Origin: a virus | Lineage: Duplodnaviria; Caudoviricetes | IMG/VR virus record: IMGVR_UViG_3300008459_000240 | Coordinates: 1-30,541 of that record | Length of the DNA: 30,541 nt | Direction: 5' to 3' (one strand) | In this document: positions 8,025 through 16,351 of the stretch, piece after piece | Numbering within the stretch: the stretch's first letter is position 1 | Layout of the letters: every line of letters begins with the position of its first letter | Made by a program: the position numbers and the translations under genes | Notes under the pieces: generated by a model | The model's input: only the letters and a program-made list of their open reading frames with translations | Told to the model about the DNA's origin: nothing | Database searches by the model: none

Positions 8025-11000
8025 CTAACTCAATGTTGAATAATCTCTTACTAGATATTGAGGTGTGTAAGGACTTAATTTTCTAGCGACAACTTCTCCA
8101 TCTAAAGATAATTGAACACTTGTATCTTTAGTTTGAATAGCTTTAAGTACATTAATAGCTTCTCTTAATGTTTTAACAACCTCATCATTTGAATTAATAT
8201 TTGAGGTATTATTAATTAGTACTGGGTTGTTGTTGTTTGTAGTGTTGAGATTAGAGGATTCAATTGGAGTAGTTGTAGGTTTAATAGATGGTTCCATTAA
8301 ATAATTAATAGCGCTAAATAAAGCTCCTCCAACTCCTCCTTGAGTACCTCCTTGTAATGTAGCTTCTAATAAATCTTTAGGTTTAGCAGGTTCAGTAGTT
8401 AAAGATCCATTTAAAATTTTGCTTAACAATAATTCATTTTCTGTTAATTTAGCTATAGCTGTAGATATAATTTCAGTTATATTAGTTTTAGTAAAAGATG
8501 AAGTAGACATAGCTTCACTAGTAGATAAAGCAAATGCTTGATCTTGTTTTATTCCTTGGGCTATAGGCTGTAATTCACCTTGATTAAATTTAGCTATAAC
8601 TAAACCACCATTTTCTTTTAAGCCTTTATTTTTCTTAATTATACCATCTTGCATTTGGACTACAAGATCTTGACCTTTAATAGGTTCAGTAGCTAAACGG
8701 CTATCTGAACTTTGGGTTGGGACCATATATTCTTTTTCAGCTTTTTCTAATTGTTGTTGGGCTGCTTTTTGTCTTAGTTGTTGATTTTTTTCTACATCTC
8801 CGATTCCTCCAAGTAAATTACTTACTATCCTCATTACATCTTCTAGGAGATATGTCTCACCAGCTGCCTTCTGTTGAAGATTAGATTTCCCAAAAATCAT
8901 TTGATCGATATCTGATGGGGAATATTGGTATTCTAGGCTCTTTAAATACTGTTGTTTGGTTTGATCAGCGCTAACTCCTTTTCTTTGTTCTTCTAGTTGA
9001 GATATATCTTCTCCTTGAGCTTTCTTTTCAGCTATTTGTTTATCAAGAGATTCAGCTTGTTGTTGAGTTTGAAATTCTTTTACTTCACTTTCAGACATTA
9101 ATCCACCAGTGAGTACACCTGTTAATCCTTTTGCTTCAACTGAGGTTACAAATCTAGTTATAAAATCAGCTAATTTATCTAAAGATCCCCCATCAACAAA
9201 TCGAGTAAATATTTCTTTAGCTTTTTCTAATACCTCATTGAACTTTTCTTGAGCATCTTGAGATGATAAGGATTGGTATGCTAAATCACCTAAAGCAGAA
9301 GATAAATCTTCAGATGACTTACCAGCTGCTTTTAAAGCTTGATAGTATTCAAGAATTGTTCCTTTACCAACTTTTAATAATTGTAATTGTTTATCTGTTA
9401 ATGCTCCTGTTTTTTGAATTTGTTTAAAAGCATCATCACCTAATTTTTGGAATTCACCTCTAGCTTTACTTAAAGACTCTTGTTCAACTAACATATTAGC
9501 GAACTCATCTTTGCTCATACTGAATATGGCTGCTATTGCCCCTTGTTGGACACGGTTTAGGTCACCGAATTCTTCAGCAGTGCCTATTTCTCTTTGTATT
9601 TCAGTAGCTAAAGTTTCAAAGTCATTATTAAGAGCTGCTAATCTAGCCTTTTCTAAATTAAAAGACTTACCAAGTAATAATTCTGCTTCTAATTCAGCAG
9701 TTATAGAAGTTTCAAATTGTAGTAAACCATCAGCTATACCAGATACTTTTTCTAAAGATAAACCTAATCTTTGGGCTTCTATAGCAGCTTTAGTTAAACC
9801 ATCAACTCCTCCTTTTACAGATAATCTAATAGCATTACTAACTTTTAAAACATTTTCAAGAACTTTTCTTTCATTTATTAAAATACCTGTTTGTGCTTTG
9901 TAAAGAGAAGCTGTACCTAAAATTCGTTTAGCTATTTGATCTTGAGAAATTGTAGTGTTCTTTAATTCTTTATTAGAAATTAAAAACTGTTTAAGTAATC
10001 CTTGTGATTCTTCTTCACTTAATTTTAAAAATTTACTAACTATAGCAAATTGACGAACTATACTTTCACCACTTTCACCAAACTGAGAGCTTAGATCAAT
10101 AGAAGTACCTAATATTTCATTAATTTTTAAATTAGCATTTACTAATTCTTTTTGAGTTATTAATTGATTATCTAATAAATCATTATATTTAGAGGTATTT
10201 GTAGCTATTTCACTAAATCTATTTCTAACTTCACGAGCAGCATCTTTACTAATAACTAAACTTTTAGCTAGATTTGTAACTTGTTTATCTGCTTCAAACA
10301 TAGCATCAACAAAAAACTGAATAGCTTTGATAATACCTGTAATGGCTATTAACCATGGGTTAAAACCTTTAAGGAGGTTACTTCCCATAGACATTAAACC
10401 ACCACCCATAACTTTAAACTGTTGACCAAATGTTAAAGCTTGTTTACCATTTTGAGTATAATTGGCTGTTAATTTAGCCATCTTTTTAGTAGCGTCATCA
10501 ATACCTAGCATATCAGCTAGTCTACCAAATCCTGTTTTATCAAGTGCTCCTTTAAGATTTTTGCCTATATTAAGACCAAAAGATTTGTTAATATTATTAA
10601 CTCTACTTTCAGTATCTTTTAAAGATTTATTTAATTTTTCATATTCTTCATTTTGTCCTGAGATGTATTCTTGGGTTTTAGCTGTAAGTGTCTCATTAGC
10701 TTTAAGTTTACTTGTAATAGTTTCTTCATTTTCTACCAATTGAGCTTTTTTAATTGATAGTTCATCTACTATTCGTTTTTTTTCTTCTGTAGTTTTATTA
10801 CTATTTTCTTCTGCTTTTATTTGTTGTTCAATATCTTGAATGCTCTCATTAGTTTTTCTTTTTTTATCTTCAAGACTTTCTTTTTCAATGCTTAATAAAT
10901 TTAGATTGCGAGTAAAACTTTGTTTTTCTAATTCAGCTTTTTTAATTAATTCTTCAACATCTTTTTTATTAACATCAACTATGTTTTCTTGATATTCTTG

Positions 11001-12425
11001 ATTCTTTTGAGCTATATCAGATAAAGTTTGGAAAGATTTAGACATACTTTTACTGATTTGGTCAGTAGTTGCTATATCATTAACCATATTTTTAAAGCCT
11101 TCATCTATTTTATTAATAGAATCTACAGCTATTTGATTTAAAGTAGCTCGAATCTCATTATATTCTTTATTTTGACCTTTAATAGTTTCATTTAACTTCT
11201 TTTGAACTTCAGCATTTATATTTATTTTATTTTCTACTTCTTCAAGTATTTGTGTTTCTTTTTTATATAAATCTTGAATTTCTTTTAGACGTTGTTCTTC
11301 TTCATCATCCAATTTCCTTGATGCTTTTAGTTTTTCTAAGTTATCTTTAGTAATTTTTAAAGAATTTTGCTTAGACTCACTAATTATCTTTTCACTTTTT
11401 AATCTTTTTTCATCTTCTTGAAAAGTCTTAACAGATTCAATAAATAATTTTTTCTTAGACTCTAATTCTTTTAATGAATTTTTAACTTCTTTTTCACTTA
11501 ATTCTGATATACCGGATTGGTGGTCTAAGGCTCTTTGGGCTAGAGTAGTAAGAGAACCAAATGCTTTGGTTATTCTAGATAAATTTGCATCTATAGATAA
11601 AGTTTCTTTAACAGTATTTTTAAAACGCTCATCTAAATTTTTAATATTTTCAAATTTAACTTCTCGATTAATTCTTTTAAGAGAAAGTTCTAAACCTTCA
11701 GTTAAAGCATCATAATTCTCTAATACAGCAGTATTTTGCTCTAACATATAAGCATTTGTTTTGATCTGGTTTTCTACAGATTTATATTCTCTGTTTACTT
11801 CAGCAATTCTTATACGTTCTTCTTTAAGTTGTTCTCTTTTCTTAATCTTATCTTGTACTGATAAGTCTGTGTTATTTTTTAGATTTTTACCTGTTTTTAG
11901 TTCTTGCTGTAGAGCGTTAATGGATATTTCTAATTTTTGTCTTTCATTTCCAATAGATTTTCTATCAATTTCATTTGTTATTTGTTTTTTTTCTAATAAT
12001 TCATTAGCTGTTACTAATCTTTCTTTACTAGTCTCTAATAGTTTTAAATTTTTAGATACATCTCTTTCAGACATATCCATAATTCCTTTTTGATAGTATT
12101 GGATTTGATCTGCTATAGACTTAAAACCATTGTATATCTTTATAGATTCATTAAGACCTTCATTAGTATCTTTTATTTCTTCTAAAATTCTCCTAAAACC
12201 TACAGCAGCATAACTTATATCACCTGTTATTTCAGTCCATTCTTTTTCTAATCTATTTAGTTGTTGACGAGCATTACCAGTTTGCTGTGCTTGATTAGCT
12301 GTGTTAGAGGCCGCTATTCCTGTTAATTTATCAATTTTTTGTAAGAGTTCAATAAGTCTTTTTAACTCTTTTTCATTTAATTGATTAGGATTTGGTGTAG
12401 GATTATTACTAGAAGTTGTAGCCAT
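8025..12425 (-). CDS. Tail tape measure protein
   Basis: 1466 aa, helical/coiled-coil composition with a central hydrophobic stretch (FNPWLIAITGIIKAIQFF). Sits directly after the tube and chaperone genes. Confidence 0.85.
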   Translation of the reverse strand: MATTSSNNPTPNPNQLNEKELKRLIELLQKIDKLTGIAASNTANQAQQTGNARQQLNRLEKEWTEITGDISYAAVGFRRILEEIKDTNEGLNESIKIYNGFKSIADQIQYYQKGIMDMSERDVSKNLKLLETSKERLVTANELLEKKQITNEIDRKSIGNERQKLEISINALQQELKTGKNLKNNTDLSVQDKIKKREQLKEERIRIAEVNREYKSVENQIKTNAYMLEQNTAVLENYDALTEGLELSLKRINREVKFENIKNLDERFKNTVKETLSIDANLSRITKAFGSLTTLAQRALDHQSGISELSEKEVKNSLKELESKKKLFIESVKTFQEDEKRLKSEKIISESKQNSLKITKDNLEKLKASRKLDDEEEQRLKEIQDLYKKETQILEEVENKININAEVQKKLNETIKGQNKEYNEIRATLNQIAVDSINKIDEGFKNMVNDIATTDQISKSMSKSFQTLSDIAQKNQEYQENIVDVNKKDVEELIKKAELEKQSFTRNLNLLSIEKESLEDKKRKTNESIQDIEQQIKAEENSNKTTEEKKRIVDELSIKKAQLVENEETITSKLKANETLTAKTQEYISGQNEEYEKLNKSLKDTESRVNNINKSFGLNIGKNLKGALDKTGFGRLADMLGIDDATKKMAKLTANYTQNGKQALTFGQQFKVMGGGLMSMGSNLLKGFNPWLIAITGIIKAIQFFVDAMFEADKQVTNLAKSLVISKDAAREVRNRFSEIATNTSKYNDLLDNQLITQKELVNANLKINEILGTSIDLSSQFGESGESIVRQFAIVSKFLKLSEEESQGLLKQFLISNKELKNTTISQDQIAKRILGTASLYKAQTGILINERKVLENVLKVSNAIRLSVKGGVDGLTKAAIEAQRLGLSLEKVSGIADGLLQFETSITAELEAELLLGKSFNLEKARLAALNNDFETLATEIQREIGTAEEFGDLNRVQQGAIAAIFSMSKDEFANMLVEQESLSKARGEFQKLGDDAFKQIQKTGALTDKQLQLLKVGKGTILEYYQALKAAGKSSEDLSSALGDLAYQSLSSQDAQEKFNEVLEKAKEIFTRFVDGGSLDKLADFITRFVTSVEAKGLTGVLTGGLMSESEVKEFQTQQQAESLDKQIAEKKAQGEDISQLEEQRKGVSADQTKQQYLKSLEYQYSPSDIDQMIFGKSNLQQKAAGETYLLEDVMRIVSNLLGGIGDVEKNQQLRQKAAQQQLEKAEKEYMVPTQSSDSRLATEPIKGQDLVVQMQDGIIKKNKGLKENGGLVIAKFNQGELQPIAQGIKQDQAFALSTSEAMSTSSFTKTNITEIISTAIAKLTENELLLSKILNGSLTTEPAKPKDLLEATLQGGTQGGVGGALFSAINYLMEPSIKPTTTPIESSNLNTTNNNNPVLINNTSNINSNDEVVKTLREAINVLKAIQTKDTSVQLSLDGEVVARKLSPYTPQYLVRDYSTLS

Positions 12426-12441
12426 GTGTTAAAATATATAT

Positions 12442-12450
12442 TATAAATAT
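12442..12450 (-). promoter_or_regulatory. ATATTTATA motif (candidate late promoter)
   Basis: 16 nt upstream of the tape measure ATG; overlaps the upstream stop codon. Confidence 0.55.
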
Positions 12451-12761
12451 TAATATTTTGGGGCTTTATTGGTTAATTTACCTTTAAAATGATCTGGGAG
12501 TTGTATTTTGCCTTCACGAATAGCCCTAGTTTGAGATGCTAGATCTCCGTTTTCATTTCCATTCTTTTCTTCATAATACTTTCTCATTGTGTGGAAAGTA
12601 AATTTACGAAGCCAGATAGGCATGTTATAGACTGTTCCCCAGTCATAACCGCCTTGGCTATGAAACACCATTTCATGAATTTGTGTAAATAAATTAACTC
12701 TATATTCTTTGGCTATCTCAGAGGTCAGGCCAAAAAAAGCTAAGTCTAATTGGAATGTCAA
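12450..12761 (-). CDS. gp51-like assembly chaperone domain, probably expressed as a frameshift extension of the upstream ORF
   Basis: Overlaps the upstream ORF by 44 nt. The called start is a TTG, and the first ATG is at codon 31. The motif IHEMVFH..GYDWGTVYNMPIWLR resembles gp51/GT-type C-terminal domains. Confidence 0.65.
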   Translation of the reverse strand: MTFQLDLAFFGLTSEIAKEYRVNLFTQIHEMVFHSQGGYDWGTVYNMPIWLRKFTFHTMRKYYEEKNGNENGDLASQTRAIREGKIQLPDHFKGKLTNKAPKY

Positions 12762-13452
12762 CTTTTGAGTCGCTCCCTTCGGGAAAAAAGGTCAGATCAA
12801 TGTCTGGTTGTACCTCCTTTACATACTCCCTAAACGCTCTGGAGTCACGAGCTAAAAGATTATTATCAACAAACTCTCTAATAGTTTTAGATTCTCTATT
12901 ACCTTCAACTGAGGTAATCATATATTTCAAGCGAGTTGATAATTCAGGTACATTATTTTTATTTATTTTTTTAAATCCTTCTAATTCAGCATTAATGGTT
13001 TTTTCATCAGCACCTGTTAAAAGTTTAAAAGTAATTTTAGTACCTGTTGAGGGAAGAGTATATTCAAATTCATTTACACCTTTAGTATATAAATGTTCTA
13101 ATATAGGTTTATTTTCAACAGTTGTAAGATCAATTGTTTGTTCTTCACCATTGTAAGTGAATGTATAATCTTTACCATAACCTAAAATACGAGCGGCTAC
13201 TAATAAAGCATTTTTATCACCTACAACCATATCTTCATATTTAACATTTGGTGTGACAATAAGAGATTTAATTACTTCATCTAATACTGTTCCTTTTTGA
13301 ATGTAGGATTGATTTGTTAGAATATCTTCTTCTTTTGCAGTCATATATTTCATTTCAACTTCACCGCTTGAAAGAGGATTTGTTTCTAAGTAAACTAAAC
13401 CTTTTGAAGGCAATTCAACCATTTCGGTTGGCATACTAAACTTATTTTCCAT
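12718..13452 (-). CDS. Tail/baseplate hub assembly chaperone (T4 gp26-like)
   Basis: Motifs VELPSKG..Y, MKYMTAKEEDIL, GDKNALLVAARILGYG, LPSTG..ITFKLLT and a terminal FFWP. Lies between the tube and tape measure genes. Confidence 0.75.
   Translation of the reverse strand: MENKFSMPTEMVELPSKGLVYLETNPLSSGEVEMKYMTAKEEDILTNQSYIQKGTVLDEVIKSLIVTPNVKYEDMVVGDKNALLVAARILGYGKDYTFTYNGEEQTIDLTTVENKPILEHLYTKGVNEFEYTLPSTGTKITFKLLTGADEKTINAELEGFKKINKNNVPELSTRLKYMITSVEGNRESKTIREFVDNNLLARDSRAFREYVKEVQPDIDLTFFPEGSDSKVDIPIRLSFFWPDL
12732..12738 (-). other. Candidate programmed ribosomal frameshift site (T7 run)
   Basis: AGC TTT TTT TGG in the upstream frame reads GCT TTT TTT GGC in the downstream ORF frame (+1 or -2). 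Confidence 0.65.
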
Positions 13453-13485
13453 AAATAATTTTGTTATAACATTTTGTTTGTTACT

Positions 13486-13494
13486 TATAAATAT
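13486..13494 (-). promoter_or_regulatory. ATATTTATA motif (candidate late promoter)
   Basis: Immediately downstream of the tube-gene terminator and 33 nt upstream of the ATG at 13452. Confidence 0.6.
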
Positions 13495-13499
13495 ATAAG

Positions 13500-13535
13500 A
13501 AAAAAAGAAGCTCGCAAAAAATGCGAGCTCTTTTT
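13500..13535 (-). terminator. Intrinsic (possibly bidirectional) terminator after the tail tube gene
   Basis: Stem AGCTCGCA (13509-13516) / TGCGAGCT (13522-13529) with a 5-nt loop, flanked by A and T tracts. The minus strand continues TCTTTTTTT. Confidence 0.85.
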
Positions 13536-13555
13536 ATAAATATTGGGTTGAACTT

Positions 13556-14044
13556 TTAGTAGTTTAACACGGCGTAGTCAATTGCTAATGTCATAGTGAT
13601 ATTAATAGCTTGGTTTTCAGTGTCCCAGTTATATTCACCAAATTTAGCATCTTTTACAAAAGCGCCTTTAAGTACCCATTCTGCCACTACATCACCTACA
13701 GGACCAAGAGCATTGATTACTAAATCCTTCTTGTAGAAGTCTGAGTATCCGTCTCTACCTGTTACTGATTCATGTGATAAGCGAACCCATTCCATAATCG
13801 TTTGAGCACCAGATGGTGAAATTGGATCGTGAAGTGTCATAGTTACATCATCCCAAATTGTCTTACCTTTTACTTTACGTAAAACGTTAATATGGTTTAA
13901 TACTACTTCACCTTGGGTTAAGCCTACTGCGCTCACACCTTTAATCATCCAAGTTGGTATTCCATCAGCGTACAGGATAAATCGGTTAGCCTGTTTTGGT
14001 TCAAACGCTGTAAAAAACATTTCATTTGCGTCTATAATTGCCAT
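13556..14044 (-). CDS. gp19: Tail tube protein (T4 gp19-like)
   Basis: 162 aa directly after the sheath. Motifs EPKQANRF, KGKTIWDDVTMTLHDP, EWV, YKKD, GDVVAEWVLKGAF. Confidence 0.92.
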   Translation of the reverse strand: MAIIDANEMFFTAFEPKQANRFILYADGIPTWMIKGVSAVGLTQGEVVLNHINVLRKVKGKTIWDDVTMTLHDPISPSGAQTIMEWVRLSHESVTGRDGYSDFYKKDLVINALGPVGDVVAEWVLKGAFVKDAKFGEYNWDTENQAINITMTLAIDYAVLNY

Positions 14045-14067
14045 TTTCTTTTAGTTTTTATTTGTTA

Positions 14068-14075
14068 ATAAATAT
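14068..14075 (-). promoter_or_regulatory. ATATTTAT motif upstream of the tube gene
   Basis: Reads ATATTTATTAA, 23 nt upstream of the ATG at 14044. Confidence 0.5.
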
Positions 14076-14094
14076 TTAAACAGTTAACCTTTTA

Positions 14095-15792
14095 TTATTC
14101 AAAAGTTGCACCTGTTGGAGTAATTGTGAAGTTTAAGTAAATAAATTCAGCTGTCTTAGTTGGTTGTAAGTAAATTTGGCCTACTAATTCATTTCTGTCA
14201 ATTACAGCTGCATTATTAATAGAATCATCCATTACTACTTTAAATGCGTATAAACCTTGACGTTGTTGAACTGATTCAAGATATGGATTCACTTGAGCTA
14301 AGAATGAGTTTCTTGTAGAAGCATTATTAGGTTGGAATACAATTGTATTAGCAATCTGACCAATTGTTCTCTTAAGAGCAATCATTAAACGGCGAACATT
14401 AATACGATCAAGAGCTGATGCTTTGGTTTGTAAGGTTTTCTGACCATAAACTACAACACCTTGTCCTGGGAAGGTTGAGATTGGATTAACTTTACCTACA
14501 TATAAATCATCACGAATTCCTTGAGATAATTTAGAAGCTGCTCTAATTACAGAGCTTAATCCTCCTCGGTTAATACCTGCTGGGGCGAACCATGGCTCAG
14601 CTACTCTATCATTAAATGCATATACACCTGGTATCATGGTTGAAGCAGGTACAAATACATATTGGTTAGTAGCAGGGTCAAGTGTTTGAACCCAAGGGTA
14701 ATAAGCAGCTACATATGATGAGTCAATTGAAGCTGCTGTATTTATCACTTCGCTAGCTGAAGATGAATAATTACCTAAATCTATTACAAGGATATTATCA
14801 CCTCTTTCTTGAGTGTTTGTAATAATAGTATCTAATTCTGTATCGTGATCTGCGTAATTTAATCCAGGGATAATTAAAGTATTAAATTGGAAATCATTAG
14901 CACTCTTTAATAAATTAATTGAAGATGTGTAATTAGCTGCTTGTAAACCTTGAATATTGGTTGATTCGATTTGATCATAAAATTTAGCTGTTGTTGATGA
15001 AGCACCTGTACCACCATTAAATGATCCTGATCCGTTAGCTGGGATGAGATTAATATAAGAAGGATTTGGAACACCACCTAAGAAATATTGTGGAGTAGGT
15101 GTAAATACTTGGCCTATTCTAACATATCTTGATTTATTAGGATAAGTACCAGTAATTTGTAAAGTATCTTCACCGTCAATATTTTCTTGAGTAAATTGAT
15201 AATCACCAATTCTTCTAGCTACATAATTATCATCTAATGGATCCATTGATAATCCAGTGTATGTTTCTAGAATAGCTTTATTTTTGTTATCATCATCACC
15301 TCTACGAATATACAAGTTAAATGTACCAGAAGATGTTTTAGATGATACAATTTCCCAGCGAATATTATTAGCTGATCCTGATGGTAAAGCACCTGTAGAT
15401 GTAGGAGTACTAAAGCTGTTTTGCATTGCTCCTTCAGAAATAGTAACTAAACTAAATGCTGGGTTTGTAGCTATATTAGTAATAGATGAAGAAGCAGGAG
15501 AATAAGTACCTGACACTACACGGGTTACTAATAATGTTTGACCACCATTTTGGAAGTAATTATAAGCTGCAATAGATGTGAAATATGAGTATGAACCTGA
15601 GTTAGGAATAACTTCAGTCTCACCAAAACGATTAACGTAGTCAGTATATGATGTTACTGTCACAGGAATACCAACAGGTCCTTTAACTGTTGGACCGATA
15701 ATAGCAGCACCAATTTGAGGTGGTTGTTCCGCTATAAATGAGGCGTCTATCTCTCTTGATAAAACACCTGGGGATAATAAAATTTCTGCCAT
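14095..15792 (-). CDS. gp18: Contractile tail sheath protein (T4 gp18-like)
   Basis: N-terminal SPGVLSREID..GPTVKGP. C-terminal PWFAPAGINRG, VNPI, GQKTL, ALDRINVRRL, IDRNEL, PTKTAEFI. Confidence 0.95.
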   Translation of the reverse strand: MAEILLSPGVLSREIDASFIAEQPPQIGAAIIGPTVKGPVGIPVTVTSYTDYVNRFGETEVIPNSGSYSYFTSIAAYNYFQNGGQTLLVTRVVSGTYSPASSSITNIATNPAFSLVTISEGAMQNSFSTPTSTGALPSGSANNIRWEIVSSKTSSGTFNLYIRRGDDDNKNKAILETYTGLSMDPLDDNYVARRIGDYQFTQENIDGEDTLQITGTYPNKSRYVRIGQVFTPTPQYFLGGVPNPSYINLIPANGSGSFNGGTGASSTTAKFYDQIESTNIQGLQAANYTSSINLLKSANDFQFNTLIIPGLNYADHDTELDTIITNTQERGDNILVIDLGNYSSSASEVINTAASIDSSYVAAYYPWVQTLDPATNQYVFVPASTMIPGVYAFNDRVAEPWFAPAGINRGGLSSVIRAASKLSQGIRDDLYVGKVNPISTFPGQGVVVYGQKTLQTKASALDRINVRRLMIALKRTIGQIANTIVFQPNNASTRNSFLAQVNPYLESVQQRQGLYAFKVVMDDSINNAAVIDRNELVGQIYLQPTKTAEFIYLNFTITPTGATFE

Positions 15793-15834
15793 GTTATTTT
15801 AATTAATTAAATTGTTTTTACTTGGGGTTTGATG

Positions 15835-15842
15835 ATAAATAT
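15835..15842 (-). promoter_or_regulatory. ATATTTAT motif upstream of the sheath gene
   Basis: Reads ATATTTATCATCAAA, 42 nt upstream of the ATG at 15792. Confidence 0.5.
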
Positions 15843-15861
15843 CCTAAAAATTTTCGAAAAA

Positions 15862-16110
15862 CTAATTACTCACAAATTCTCCTCTTTCAACATTAATAGT
15901 ACCATCACCATATTTTTCTTGTAATTGTTTTCCTAAAATCTCTTCTTTTTGTTTTAATTCTAAGTATTTATTTTTTAAAAACTGTTTGCGAAACTCTAAT
16001 TCTTGAAGTTGAATTTCTAAAGTTCCAAATGCTTCAATAATAGAATATCGTTCTTGTTGAGTTGTTTTTAATTGTGTAATCTCTTCTTGGGTTAAAACTT
16101 TTGTTTCCAT
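15862..16110 (-). CDS. Small coiled-coil protein, possible fibre assembly chaperone
   Basis: 82 aa, Glu/Gln/Leu/Lys heptads ending KYGDGTINVERGEF. Has its own upstream motif. Confidence 0.65.
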   Translation of the reverse strand: METKVLTQEEITQLKTTQQERYSIIEAFGTLEIQLQELEFRKQFLKNKYLELKQKEEILGKQLQEKYGDGTINVERGEFVSN

Positions 16111-16123
16111 TTTTTTAATTTAT

Positions 16124-16132
16124 TATAAATAT
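16124..16132 (-). promoter_or_regulatory. ATATTTATA motif (candidate late promoter)
   Basis: 13 nt upstream of the ATG at 16110. Confidence 0.55.
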
Positions 16133-16339
16133 TTAAGAAATACCTGGAAAATCAGGGGGTGTTGTTAGGGGGCGATAAAAAATGTCTTCAGATGATTCGT
16201 ACCAATCACCTATACCTGCTACTCTATCAATATCTTCTTTAAGAAAATCATGTGGTAAAGGATATACATAAGGAGTTATTCCATCCCAACTAATTACATT
16301 AATAATGTAGTTATCTTTTATTACAAACCAATTTTTCAT
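16133..16339 (-). CDS. Small aromatic-rich protein, probable fibre/adhesin assembly factor
   Basis: 68 aa, WFVIKDNYIINVISWDG...IGDWY. Directly downstream of the Gly-rich adhesins. Confidence 0.55.
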   Translation of the reverse strand: MKNWFVIKDNYIINVISWDGITPYVYPLPHDFLKEDIDRVAGIGDWYESSEDIFYRPLTTPPDFPGIS

Positions 16340-16351
16340 AGTATAAAATTT

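Noticed and set aside
12450-12761. Pseudogene or sequencing frameshift at the T7 homopolymer
   Set aside because: The position between tube and tape measure and the intact FFWP terminus favour a programmed frameshift. An error cannot be fully excluded without reads.
5097-15792. Extracellular contractile injection system or tailocin rather than a phage
   Set aside because: gp13/gp14-like head-tail neck genes and a DNA polymerase are present, and there is no Afp15-like AAA+ ATPase in the window.
15851-15860. Palindrome TTTTCGAAAA upstream of the sheath gene
   Set aside because: Short, AT-rich and not seen repeated elsewhere; too weak to call an operator or terminator.
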